From Eubacteriales bacterium (GTDB taxonomy: Bacteria > Bacillota > Clostridia > Christensenellales > Aristaeellaceae): a stretch of 64,000 bases of DNA. Within the stretch, counting starts at the first letter, position 1. The number at the start of each line of letters is the position of its first letter. Under the pieces are notes generated by a model. It searched no databases. It was not told the DNA's origin and saw nothing but the letters and a program-made list of their open reading frames with translations. Of the stretch, positions 56,450-64,000 are shown one piece after another. The DNA lies in assembly GCA_028705775.1 (NCBI GenBank), contig JAQWCW010000003.1:14239-78238 (forward strand), given 5' to 3'. The translations under genes and the position numbers were made by a program.

Positions 56450-57314
56450 AGCGCCTCAGACAAACGCCGAATGGAACGCGCGCCTGACGGAGCTGTGGCA
56501 ATACTCGGCAAAGCGGTATTCCGCAGGCTTTTCATCTTCAATGCGCGAGGAAACGGCGCTGGATTTGCTCAAATCCGTGGATTTTACATTGTCCCGCTGG
56601 CTGAATGCTACGGGAATATCTAAAAAGGAAGCGCTTCTGATGCCGGCAAGGGAAATGCTCTTGGCGGCTCAGGACAAGCTGCTCTCCGACGTAAAGGCGC
56701 TCAAGCGCGCGTACGGGCGGCTCGGCGCGATGATGCCGAAAACGGGCAGCGACGCGCTCAAATCAACCTTTGCGGCAATCGGCAGATTTTTTGAGCTTTA
56801 TGACGCAATGTTCATGTCCGCGCTCATCCCCTGCGATATTGACTATCAGCTTGCGATTCCCGTAAGCGAAAAGCGCCTCGGCGCCGACTATATAAGCGAT
56901 TATCTTTCGGAAATTGCAACCGAGAGCGCGTTTATTTCGCGCTTTGACGCGGCGTTGGTTGAAAGGCTGCTTACCGCTTGGCGCAGGGACTGGCGGCTTG
57001 AAATCAGCAATATTTTCGAGCCTGTCTTTGCCTGCGCGCTCGCGCTTTCCATGCTTTCCCTCCCGCCGCGCACGCTTATGCTCAAGGCTGAGGATTTGGC
57101 TCGTCTGCATTCGCTTTTTGAGCCTTTTGACGAGGAGGGCGTGAAGAAAAAGCTGCTTTCAGGCGTTTCTTCTCTTGAGAGCGCGCTTTCGTTTTCCGGC
57201 TTTTCCGGCGTGCTTTCAACCTGCGCGTTTTCGCTTGCGCCCAGAATCACCGCGGGAGCGAGACTTGCCAACATATTTATATCTGTTAAGCCGTTTCGAT
57301 TTATGCTATACTAA
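56433..57314 (+). CDS. hypothetical protein (293 aa), partner of the acidic protein
   Basis: ATG at 56433 preceded by a GAGGAGGA RBS that lies inside the upstream gene. 17-nt overlap. Confidence 0.6.
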   Translation: MTNGIEAPQTNAEWNARLTELWQYSAKRYSAGFSSSMREETALDLLKSVDFTLSRWLNATGISKKEALLMPAREMLLAAQDKLLSDVKALKRAYGRLGAMMPKTGSDALKSTFAAIGRFFELYDAMFMSALIPCDIDYQLAIPVSEKRLGADYISDYLSEIATESAFISRFDAALVERLLTAWRRDWRLEISNIFEPVFACALALSMLSLPPRTLMLKAEDLARLHSLFEPFDEEGVKKKLLSGVSSLESALSFSGFSGVLSTCAFSLAPRITAGARLANIFISVKPFRFMLY

Positions 57315-57398
57315 TGAGCAGAAATCATAATCGGTCCCGATATTTTTAAGGAAGCGCCGATTATAATTTTTGCAGATTCACATAGGAGGCACCTTGAT

Positions 57399-58550
57399 AT
57401 GACAACTCAAAGCCGCAGAAGGCGGAGAAAAAAGCTCTGGCCTGTATGGGCGCTGGTGCTCGCGGACGTGCTTGCAGCCGCGGTTGCGCTTAATGTTTTC
57501 GCGCTTTTTGACCATGTTATTCCGCGCCCCGAGGCGAACGTCAACGGCGCGGGAATGGGCGCATACCGGACGGCGGCTATCAATAACACGACCCCTCAGC
57601 CGGCGATAACGGATAATCTCGCCGCCATTGCCGCGACGGACACGCCCGCGCCCGAATATCAGGCGCTTGCCGCGACAGAGCAGCCGGCAACCGAAGCGCC
57701 GACGGAGTATATTGCGCCGGTTGTTACAGCCGAGCCTGCCGCGACGGATATTCCGGCGGACGCGCCGTGGAGCGTAAAATTCGCGGATAAGTTCACGTCG
57801 GGGCAGCCGTACTACTCCGAGGACGGCTATGTCGGCAACACGGTTTCCGTGTATCTGAGCCGCCACAGCGAGAAAAAAGTCACCTATGCGGACAAGGTTA
57901 TAAAGAATCTCGCCTATTATGTGATGGATATATATGTTAGCAATATCGAGTGCCTCCGCACCGCGTTTGCAAACGACACCTACGGCGTCGGAATAACCCA
58001 GAGAATGAGCGAAATGAGCCGCAACAACGCGGCAATCGCCGCAATCAACGGCGACTACTGCGGCTTCAACAAGGAAGGGCTTGTAATCCGCAACGGAGTG
58101 CTTTTCCGCAATAATATCGCCAAGGACAGGGCAGTTCTCGTGCTTTTCTACGACGGAACAATGAAGGCGTATAAGCCCGACGAGGTAAACGTTGACGAGC
58201 TGCTTTCGCAGGGCGCGTGGCAGGCATGGAACTTCGGCCCGTCCCTGCTTGCGCCTTCGGGCAACGCGATTGCCGAGTTCACCAACAACTCCTCGAATCC
58301 CCGCACGATTATCGGCATGGTTGAGCCGGGGCATTATATGTTCGTTCTGATTGACGGGCGGCAGGACGGCTATTCCGACGGAATGAGCTACGTTCAGATG
58401 TCCGAGCTTTGCAAGCGCCTCGGAATGAAGGTTGCGTATAACCTTGACGGCGGGCAGACCTCGCAGATGTTCCTTAACGGCGAAAACGTCAATCAGCCGT
58501 ACAACGGAGGGCGCGTGACAAGCGATATAGTATTTGTCACGGAGCGCTAG
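57399..58550 (+). CDS. phosphodiester glycosidase family protein (NAGPA-like, membrane-anchored)
   Basis: N-terminal TM, a Pro/Ala/Thr-rich linker, then blocks AAINGDYCGF, PRTIIGMVEPGHYMFVLIDGRQ and AYNLDGGQTSQM. Confidence 0.75.
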   Translation: MTTQSRRRRRKKLWPVWALVLADVLAAAVALNVFALFDHVIPRPEANVNGAGMGAYRTAAINNTTPQPAITDNLAAIAATDTPAPEYQALAATEQPATEAPTEYIAPVVTAEPAATDIPADAPWSVKFADKFTSGQPYYSEDGYVGNTVSVYLSRHSEKKVTYADKVIKNLAYYVMDIYVSNIECLRTAFANDTYGVGITQRMSEMSRNNAAIAAINGDYCGFNKEGLVIRNGVLFRNNIAKDRAVLVLFYDGTMKAYKPDEVNVDELLSQGAWQAWNFGPSLLAPSGNAIAEFTNNSSNPRTIIGMVEPGHYMFVLIDGRQDGYSDGMSYVQMSELCKRLGMKVAYNLDGGQTSQMFLNGENVNQPYNGGRVTSDIVFVTER

Positions 58551-58558
58551 GAGGAAAA

Positions 58559-58771
58559 ATGATGGATAAACTGCTTAAGCTTCTCGATAAGGTTCTTCCG
58601 CACCTTACAATCATCATGAGCATTATGATGCTTGTGTTTTTCTTAATCGACCGCGCTAACAGCTACAACACCTTCATGGAAAACGAGTTCCATAAATGGC
58701 TTGCTTTGGGGCTTCTCGTTTGCGGCTCCGCAAGCGCGATTAAGCTTATCGCGCGCCAGAGAAAGGATTGA
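58559..58771 (+). CDS. small two-TM membrane protein (70 aa)
   Basis: GGAGGA RBS. The start overlaps the back-up stop of the upstream gene. Two hydrophobic helices. Confidence 0.5.
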   Translation: MMDKLLKLLDKVLPHLTIIMSIMMLVFFLIDRANSYNTFMENEFHKWLALGLLVCGSASAIKLIARQRKD

Positions 58772-58775
58772 GCCG

Positions 58776-59564
58776 ATGGAGGAATTTGTTATCTCAAACC
58801 CTCTTGAGGGCGTTTATCATATCGCGGACGCGCTCGGAGTGCATTTCACCTTTCTTGTGGGCAAAAAGCGCGCCCTGCTCTATGACGCGGGCTACGGGCT
58901 TTTCGACCCGCGCCCGATGCTTGCGCGCATTACGCCGCTTGAGTATACGGTAATCATGAGCCACGCGCATTTTGACCATGCGATTGGCGCAAGGTTTTTC
59001 CCCAAGGTATATATGCATTCTGCGGATTTCCCGATTCTGCCCGAATATGCGGGGCGCTATCAGCGCGGCAGAACCCTCTCGATAGCCGGAATGCGCGGAA
59101 TCAGGATTGATAATGAGGACGAGTACAGAAAGACGGATTTCTCCATGTTTACCCGCCTGAGCGCTTCATCCTTTGACTTGGGCGGGCTTACCGCGAACGT
59201 TGTTGAAATGCCGGGGCATACCCTCGGCTCTGTCGGGCTTTATGTTCCGGAGCTTGAGCTGCTTCTGACGGCGGACAGCTTCAACCCGACAACGTGGCTC
59301 TTTTTCCATGAGGCTGTGCCGCTCGGCGATTATGTCGCAATGATGCAGCGCGTTATCAAGCTGCCCTTCACGCGCGCCCTCTCGCCGCATAAGCCGGATA
59401 TTACGAGCCGCGAGCTTGTCGAGGAGTTTGTTGACGGGCTTAACAAGGCTACGTTTGCAAAGGCGGAGCGCGTGCGCATAGAGCCGTACACCAATATCAA
59501 CACCTACCGCTGCAACCCCTCCGAAAGCTTTTCCCTTACCTTTGACGCGGATAAGGCGAGGTAA
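58776..59564 (+). CDS. MBL-fold metallo-hydrolase
   Basis: HAHFDH metal-binding motif and a later GH motif (MPGHTLGS). Start placed at the internal ATG at 58776. Confidence 0.8.
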   Translation: MEEFVISNPLEGVYHIADALGVHFTFLVGKKRALLYDAGYGLFDPRPMLARITPLEYTVIMSHAHFDHAIGARFFPKVYMHSADFPILPEYAGRYQRGRTLSIAGMRGIRIDNEDEYRKTDFSMFTRLSASSFDLGGLTANVVEMPGHTLGSVGLYVPELELLLTADSFNPTTWLFFHEAVPLGDYVAMMQRVIKLPFTRALSPHKPDITSRELVEEFVDGLNKATFAKAERVRIEPYTNINTYRCNPSESFSLTFDADKAR

Positions 59565-59649
59565 AACCCCGATTTGAACCGCATATTCAGTTGCGCTTTA
59601 TGGCGGCAGGACGCTTATCCCGCCGCCTTTTTATATCGCAAATTCGCCG

Positions 59650-60351
59650 TCAGCCTTCTGCCTCGCGCTGCCTTATCTCCATCCTCCTCCAGCTTATGAA
59701 GCCGTAAATGTCGTTTGCAAGAAAGGCTGTAAAGCAGATTACAACGGAAATGTAGGCTCTGTTTTCAAGCGCCGCGAGCGCCCAAAGCGCAATCAGCACA
59801 ACGTCGTTCGCCGCATAGCCAATCGCGTAATACGGGCTTCTTCTGAATGTGAGGTATACGGCAATGAAGCTTGTCGTAACCGATATTGTGCTTGGAACGA
59901 TGTTCGCCGTTTTGAAGGCTGAAAGAATGTAATAAAAAATAAGCGTTACTGCCGCCGCCGCAAGCCACATGAGCAGCATTTCCTTTTTGGACGGCTTGTT
60001 AACCTTTACCTCCGCCTTGTTCCCGCCGTATGGATTTTTCAGCCATGAAACGAGCGCGAATACAGCCATCGGCATAGTCATTCCGAGGTATGTCAGCATT
60101 TCGCCGTAGTACGCAAAGCTATAAGAAATTATGCCGTAAAGCAGGCTGAAAACAACCATCAGCAGCTGCCCCGTCGGGTTTCCCTTCGCGCAGAAGATAA
60201 GCGAGGTTACGCCAATCAGGGACGCCGCAAGCGTCATATAGCTTTTGCCGTCGAAAAGGCAGAAGGACAGGATTATAACAGCCGCCGAAACAGACCACAG
60301 CGCGATTTCGCCCTTTGAAAAATACCCTCCTGCCGGTTTTGCCTTCTCCAT
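59650..60351 (-). CDS. pnuC: PnuC family nicotinamide riboside/vitamin transporter
   Basis: 233 aa from the ATG at 60351 (AGGAGGA RBS). About 7 TM segments. PnuC-like blocks GNPTGQLL, SWLKNP and ANDIYGFISW. Confidence 0.75.
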   Translation of the reverse strand: MEKAKPAGGYFSKGEIALWSVSAAVIILSFCLFDGKSYMTLAASLIGVTSLIFCAKGNPTGQLLMVVFSLLYGIISYSFAYYGEMLTYLGMTMPMAVFALVSWLKNPYGGNKAEVKVNKPSKKEMLLMWLAAAAVTLIFYYILSAFKTANIVPSTISVTTSFIAVYLTFRRSPYYAIGYAANDVVLIALWALAALENRAYISVVICFTAFLANDIYGFISWRRMEIRQREAEG

Positions 60352-60361
60352 AAATCCTCCT

Positions 60362-60421
60362 AAAAAAATAAGCACCCATGTACTCATCTTCAAAGACCTA
60401 ACGATGAGTAATGAATGCTTT
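60362..60421 (-). terminator. strong intrinsic terminator inside the pnuC 5' leader (attenuator)
   Basis: Minus strand: AAGCATTCATTACTCATC, 14-nt loop, GATGAGTACATGGGTGCTT (about 18 bp with one bulge and G-U pairs), then ATTTTTT. It ends immediately before the RBS. Confidence 0.65.
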
Positions 60422-60574
60422 TCGCACTCCTGCCCGGTGGCAGAACTATTCGCAGATAAGAATATCATAAAATCCGCGCGGCTGCAAGGCGGGGATGGTG
60501 CCATATCCGTGACTTATGGACTGACATATTAATGCAGACGTTCCGTTCCGAAACGCACTTTGGCTCTCGCTTAT

Positions 60575-61066
60575 TTAAGGTATTCTGCGCGTAATTATAG
60601 AACGCAGTTCGTCAATACTGAGGTATTCTCCGTCAGTTGGTTTTTTGCGATGGAGCATTCGATGACAATTTGCGCAAACAAGGCACATATCTTCCAGTTT
60701 TACTGCTGCGTTTTCTTTTGCTGTACTGATAGGAACTATGTGATGCGCCTCAATAAAACCTTCTCCGATTTTTCCGTAAGTATCAGTAAACGAAAAATCG
60801 CATATTTCGCAATATAGTTTTCCGTGAGCGCTAAGGAACAGCGCTTTTACCTTTTTAACCAAATCACGATTTCTTTCTCTTACATAGTGCTTTATCAGTT
60901 TCTTTGCGCCCTCGATATATTCCCTGTCGCGGTTTTCCATATTGATGTCAATAACATCATATAAATTAATGTTGCAGGGATGGCATTTGACAAGATACAC
61001 AAAAGGCTGTTCTGTTTCCTCAATGCTGACATTCTCAAGTGCAGGAGATTTCACTTGTCGAGTCAT
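60575..61066 (-). CDS. HNH endonuclease (McrA/COG3183-like)
   Basis: 163 aa. YCEICDFSF...FIEAHHIVPIS...LVCANCHRMLH. AT-rich codon usage compared with the flanking genes. Confidence 0.8.
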   Translation of the reverse strand: MTRQVKSPALENVSIEETEQPFVYLVKCHPCNINLYDVIDINMENRDREYIEGAKKLIKHYVRERNRDLVKKVKALFLSAHGKLYCEICDFSFTDTYGKIGEGFIEAHHIVPISTAKENAAVKLEDMCLVCANCHRMLHRKKPTDGEYLSIDELRSIITRRIP

Positions 61067-61407
61067 TTTCTGACTCTGCCATCAGACAGCGTGACAGATT
61101 CCGCCTTGCTTCTTTTCTCTAAATAATAATAATATGTGGAGGAGAAAATTTCTTTGAATAGCTCCTGCACTGTATTATTCAGATACTTAATTTGTACTGA
61201 ACCGTTCCCTCCTTGTTCCGAGTCACGCGGCAAAGCATTCAATAATTTCGCTTTATATTGTTTGCCGTTTATCAACAATGTTATTTGCTTTGACCTTGTG
61301 CCGTCTGCAAACACAGTCTCGCGCAGGTGTTTTTTTGCACTCGCGTCAAGCGTAAACCCAGGTTCGAATATGGAATAGACGACAGGCTTTTTTCTGTAAA
61401 GTATCAT
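61063..61407 (-). CDS. hypothetical protein (114 aa), translationally coupled partner of the HNH endonuclease
   Basis: 4-nt ATGA overlap with the HNH gene. Same AT-rich composition. No motif that I recognise with confidence. Confidence 0.55.
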   Translation of the reverse strand: MILYRKKPVVYSIFEPGFTLDASAKKHLRETVFADGTRSKQITLLINGKQYKAKLLNALPRDSEQGGNGSVQIKYLNNTVQELFKEIFSSTYYYYLEKRSKAESVTLSDGRVRK

Positions 61408-61462
61408 CGTACGCCTCCGTATTATGTATTTCTCGTAAAATTATATGCAACAAAAATCGACT

Positions 61463-62197
61463 TTATTCATCCTCAAGCCCGAATTCAAGCCCGTTTTCCA
61501 TTCCGAAGCGCGCGGTTTCCTCCATTCGGGCTATTCCCTGCGGAAGCCGGTCGTGGGTGAAAACGACAAGCGGCGCTTCAGGGTATGCGTTTCGCGCTTC
61601 GGACAGCGCGGCGCTTACATCCGCGCATTTCTCAAGCCTTGCCATTGTTCTGTAAATGTGAAGCCCCGTTTCCGTATCGCGGCACTGACCGCAGCGCTTC
61701 AGCTTTGCGTCCGTTTCGGGCGCGAGGGAATAGGAAACCCTGTCGTCATCCGCGCCGAGCAGCGCCTTTACGCCGTTTTCGGCAAGAAAGCGGCGAAGTC
61801 TGGTTGATGCGGCGAAGTAGTGAAGCCTTAGCGCAGAGGTCGGCGCGCCGCCCGTTATGCGTTTCAGCTCGCGCGTTACGTATTTATACGCCTCCGCGCT
61901 TTCCTCAAAAGGCGCGATAAGCATATTTGCGTCAGGGTCTGCGGAATGGAAGCCAAAGCGAAGCCATGACGCGTTTTCGCTCAGCTCGTTTGCGAATTTG
62001 CCGGTGGAATTGCCGATGTCAAAGACGCCGTCCCGCGCAAAGCAGTACAGCGTAATTTTCGCGCCGTATTTTTCATGGAGAGCTTTATAATACGCAAGGC
62101 GGGGGCAGCAGAATGCGCTTCCGCATTTGTCCGCGTTTTCGGTAAGCTCGCGGAAAACGCTCAGGCTGTCGTCAACCGAAAGATGAATGCGCTGCAT
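61463..62197 (-). CDS. hypothetical protein (244 aa)
   Basis: GGGAGGA RBS before the internal ATG at 62197 (MQRIHLSVDD). GC-rich codon usage like the host genome. No confident family call. Confidence 0.6.
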   Translation of the reverse strand: MQRIHLSVDDSLSVFRELTENADKCGSAFCCPRLAYYKALHEKYGAKITLYCFARDGVFDIGNSTGKFANELSENASWLRFGFHSADPDANMLIAPFEESAEAYKYVTRELKRITGGAPTSALRLHYFAASTRLRRFLAENGVKALLGADDDRVSYSLAPETDAKLKRCGQCRDTETGLHIYRTMARLEKCADVSAALSEARNAYPEAPLVVFTHDRLPQGIARMEETARFGMENGLEFGLEDE

Positions 62198-62296
62198 ACT
62201 TTTCCTCCCGATTCCGCCAAAGGAAACCGCTTTGTACGGCAAACCCGCGCTTATCCTTCACGCGCTTGTCGCCTTGCTCCTGCGCTCGTTTACCTT

Positions 62297-62740
62297 TTAT
62301 TCGTCGTCCTCGTCGCTATCCTCGTCGTCCGGCGACAGCTCCTCAAGCTCCTCGGCAGTTCCGTCGAGCAGGGCGGCGTCCTGATATTCGTCCTCGCAAA
62401 TCGGCGCGGAAAGGAATTCCTCCACGAGCGCGCGCGCCTCGTCCTTTTTATCCTTTTCGACCATTATCATCTCGCCGTACACGGAGTAGCCGAAAATTAC
62501 CTTGTTATACCCGCCGAACTCGTTGCCGCGGTGGTAGCAGTCGATTCCGCTGTCGCGGAGGAAATCGCAGAGCAAGTCCGCCTGCATATCGTCCTGCGCA
62601 ATGTAGCAGCATTCGGGTTCCTTGACCCGCGCCGTCCAGACCTCGCCCTCAGGAGGCGTATCCGAAAGCGGCAGATGGCAGTCCACGCACTCCGTTGCTT
62701 CATCCATGTATTCACAGCCGCATTTGGGGCAGTATTTCAT
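62297..62740 (-). CDS. zinc-ribbon plus DUF2007-like small protein with acidic tail
   Basis: MKYCPKCGCEYMDEATECVDCH zinc ribbon. C-terminal acidic run DDEDSDEDDE. Confidence 0.6.
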   Translation of the reverse strand: MKYCPKCGCEYMDEATECVDCHLPLSDTPPEGEVWTARVKEPECCYIAQDDMQADLLCDFLRDSGIDCYHRGNEFGGYNKVIFGYSVYGEMIMVEKDKKDEARALVEEFLSAPICEDEYQDAALLDGTAEELEELSPDDEDSDEDDE

Positions 62741-62759
62741 AATTCATTCCTCCGCTATT

Positions 62760-63674
62760 TTAGTCGGCGTAGCCAACGAGCGCGTCCTGCTGCTTTTGCA
62801 GCGCTGTCAGGAAAGCGTCGTCCATTGGCGACAGCATTGTTCCCTTGCGATAGATAAGCACGTCCTTTTGCTTGGGCGCGTCACCGTCATAGCCGTGCTG
62901 GCAAAGCTGATAGCGCTCAAGCTGCCTTTTCGGGACGGGCGAAACCCACATATACGCGTTTTTGATTTGAGACAGCAGCTGAAAGCGGCTTCCCCTCTCG
63001 TATACAGTGATGACGCGCGAATGCCTTTCGCTGTCCTCAGGCTGACGGAACGCGGGATTATAGCTGTCGCCGTAGCGAATCTGTATTCCGCCCGCAATGT
63101 CCTCCGCCGAGAATACCGGCTTATCCGCCTTTTTATGCTCGCGGCTTGTCAGCACAAGGTAGCGGAACGACCACAGCTCGCGGTAATCAAGCCCCTTTTC
63201 GCGCATTGTTTTGATAAAATAGTCCTCAAAGCTCGCCTGATAGCGGACGATACCCAAATCGTATCCATCGTCCGCAACGGCGCGGATTGCGGAAAGCGCG
63301 TTCGTTTCCATATAGTCAAGCTCAAGCCCGTTTTCGGCGCTTTTTGCAATATCCGCAAACGCCTCCGCGATATAGCTTGCCCGCGGAACGGCGAGCCTGT
63401 ATCTTTCGCCCGACGCGCCGCCGCCCGAATAGCGCTTTTCCAGCTCGTCAAACTGCCTTACCGCGCCGCGCGCGTACTGAACGAATTCCTCGCCGCGCTT
63501 TGTTGTCGCAAGCCCCTTGCCGGAGCGCTCGAAAATTTGAAAGCCGAGGCTTCCCTCAAGCTCCTTGAGCGCGCGGGATAGGTTCGGCTGATTCATGTAC
63601 AGGTTTTCCGCCGCTTCCGTTATCGAGCGGGTTTTGTCCATTTCCAGCACATATCTCAGCTGCTGAATGTTCAT
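62760..63674 (-). CDS. LysR family transcriptional regulator
   Basis: N-terminal wHTH MNIQQLRYVLEMDKTRSITEAAENLYMNQPNLSRALKELE. 304 aa. Confidence 0.9.
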   Translation of the reverse strand: MNIQQLRYVLEMDKTRSITEAAENLYMNQPNLSRALKELEGSLGFQIFERSGKGLATTKRGEEFVQYARGAVRQFDELEKRYSGGGASGERYRLAVPRASYIAEAFADIAKSAENGLELDYMETNALSAIRAVADDGYDLGIVRYQASFEDYFIKTMREKGLDYRELWSFRYLVLTSREHKKADKPVFSAEDIAGGIQIRYGDSYNPAFRQPEDSERHSRVITVYERGSRFQLLSQIKNAYMWVSPVPKRQLERYQLCQHGYDGDAPKQKDVLIYRKGTMLSPMDDAFLTALQKQQDALVGYAD

Positions 63675-63704
63675 TTGCCCAATCGCGCTCCTTTCCGCTT
63701 TATT

Positions 63705-64000
63705 TTATAGCCCGAACGTGCGTTTCAGCACCTGCAGAACTCCGTCCTCGTCGTTTGACGGCGCTCTGAATCGGCAATGCGCAAGAAAATCCGGATGCCC
63801 GTTCGCCATTCCGTAGCTGTGGTAAACCGCGTCCATCATTTCCGAATCGTTCATGTAATCCCCGAACGCCATGCATTCCTCGGGGCGAAGCGATTTCATA
63901 GCCATAAGGCGGCGCATCGCAAAGCCCTTGCTTACGCCCTTTTTCATGATGTCCACCCAGTTCTGCCCCGACACAACCACCGCCGCATCATCGGAAAACG
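63705..64000 (-). CDS. Cof-type HAD-IIB phosphatase, C-terminal part (gene continues past the window end)
   Basis: Motifs KGVSKGFAMRRL and AFGDYMNDSEMM. The frame stays open to position 64000. Confidence 0.75.
   Translation of the reverse strand, partial: FSDDAAVVVSGQNWVDIMKKGVSKGFAMRRLMAMKSLRPEECMAFGDYMNDSEMMDAVYHSYGMANGHPDFLAHCRFRAPSNDEDGVLQVLKRTFGL

Noticed and set aside
57378-58334. 318-aa minus-strand ORF.
   Set aside because: It is antisense to the phosphodiester glycosidase gene and is Arg-rich with no motifs. The same reasoning applies to 62622-63581 (antisense to LysR), 51405-52361 and 9259-10152.
60481-60540. GGGGATGGTGCC on the plus strand, reminiscent of the start of a TPP riboswitch.
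   Set aside because: The rest of the TPP consensus (CTGAGA and the ACCTGATCTGGATAATGCCAGC-like segment) is absent. No plus-strand gene follows that it could regulate.
61355-61372. GGTTCGAATA, a T-loop-like string suggesting a tRNA.
   Set aside because: It lies inside the 114-aa CDS, and no acceptor, D or anticodon arms can be drawn around it.

Overview
GC-rich (high-50s % by eye) chromosomal segment. GGAGG-type ribosome-binding sites and the gene content (PFOR, pgsA, cdaA-cdaR, udk, PnuC, BMP lipoprotein) point to a Clostridia-like Firmicute; that assignment is inference. I support about 45 protein genes and found no rRNA, tRNA, CRISPR array, transposase or phage genes. Housekeeping and carbohydrate genes: nifJ-type pyruvate:ferredoxin oxidoreductase, GH88 hydrolase, pgsA, asnB, an rRNA m5C methyltransferase, udk, a large CE15-like esterase and an L,D-transpeptidase. 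The main feature is a dense signalling supercluster at about 8.8-33.5 kb. It holds four stand-alone Hpt proteins, two multi-domain REC/GGDEF/EAL/PAS proteins of about 1900 and 1616 aa, an HD-GYP phosphodiesterase, a CheB-CheR-PAS-HisKA-HATPase-REC fusion kinase, and a solute-binding protein translationally coupled to a Cache-type hybrid kinase with two REC domains. Three of these genes are disrupted as sequenced. One has a frameshift at an A5 run. Two adjacent genes each carry a single in-frame TAG with otherwise intact frames. Other notable items: a cdaA-cdaR operon that continues into a repeat-rich membrane protein, a P-loop ATPase and an rRNA methyltransferase; a composite interspersed repeat family (4 copies, one carrying a nested palindromic insertion); an 18-bp minisatellite; a 38-bp tandem repeat; and an AT-rich two-gene HNH-nuclease islet next to a pnuC gene with a terminator-containing leader. 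All coordinates were hand-counted. Non-coding feature edges may be off by a few nt. Family names rest on motif recognition, not searches.
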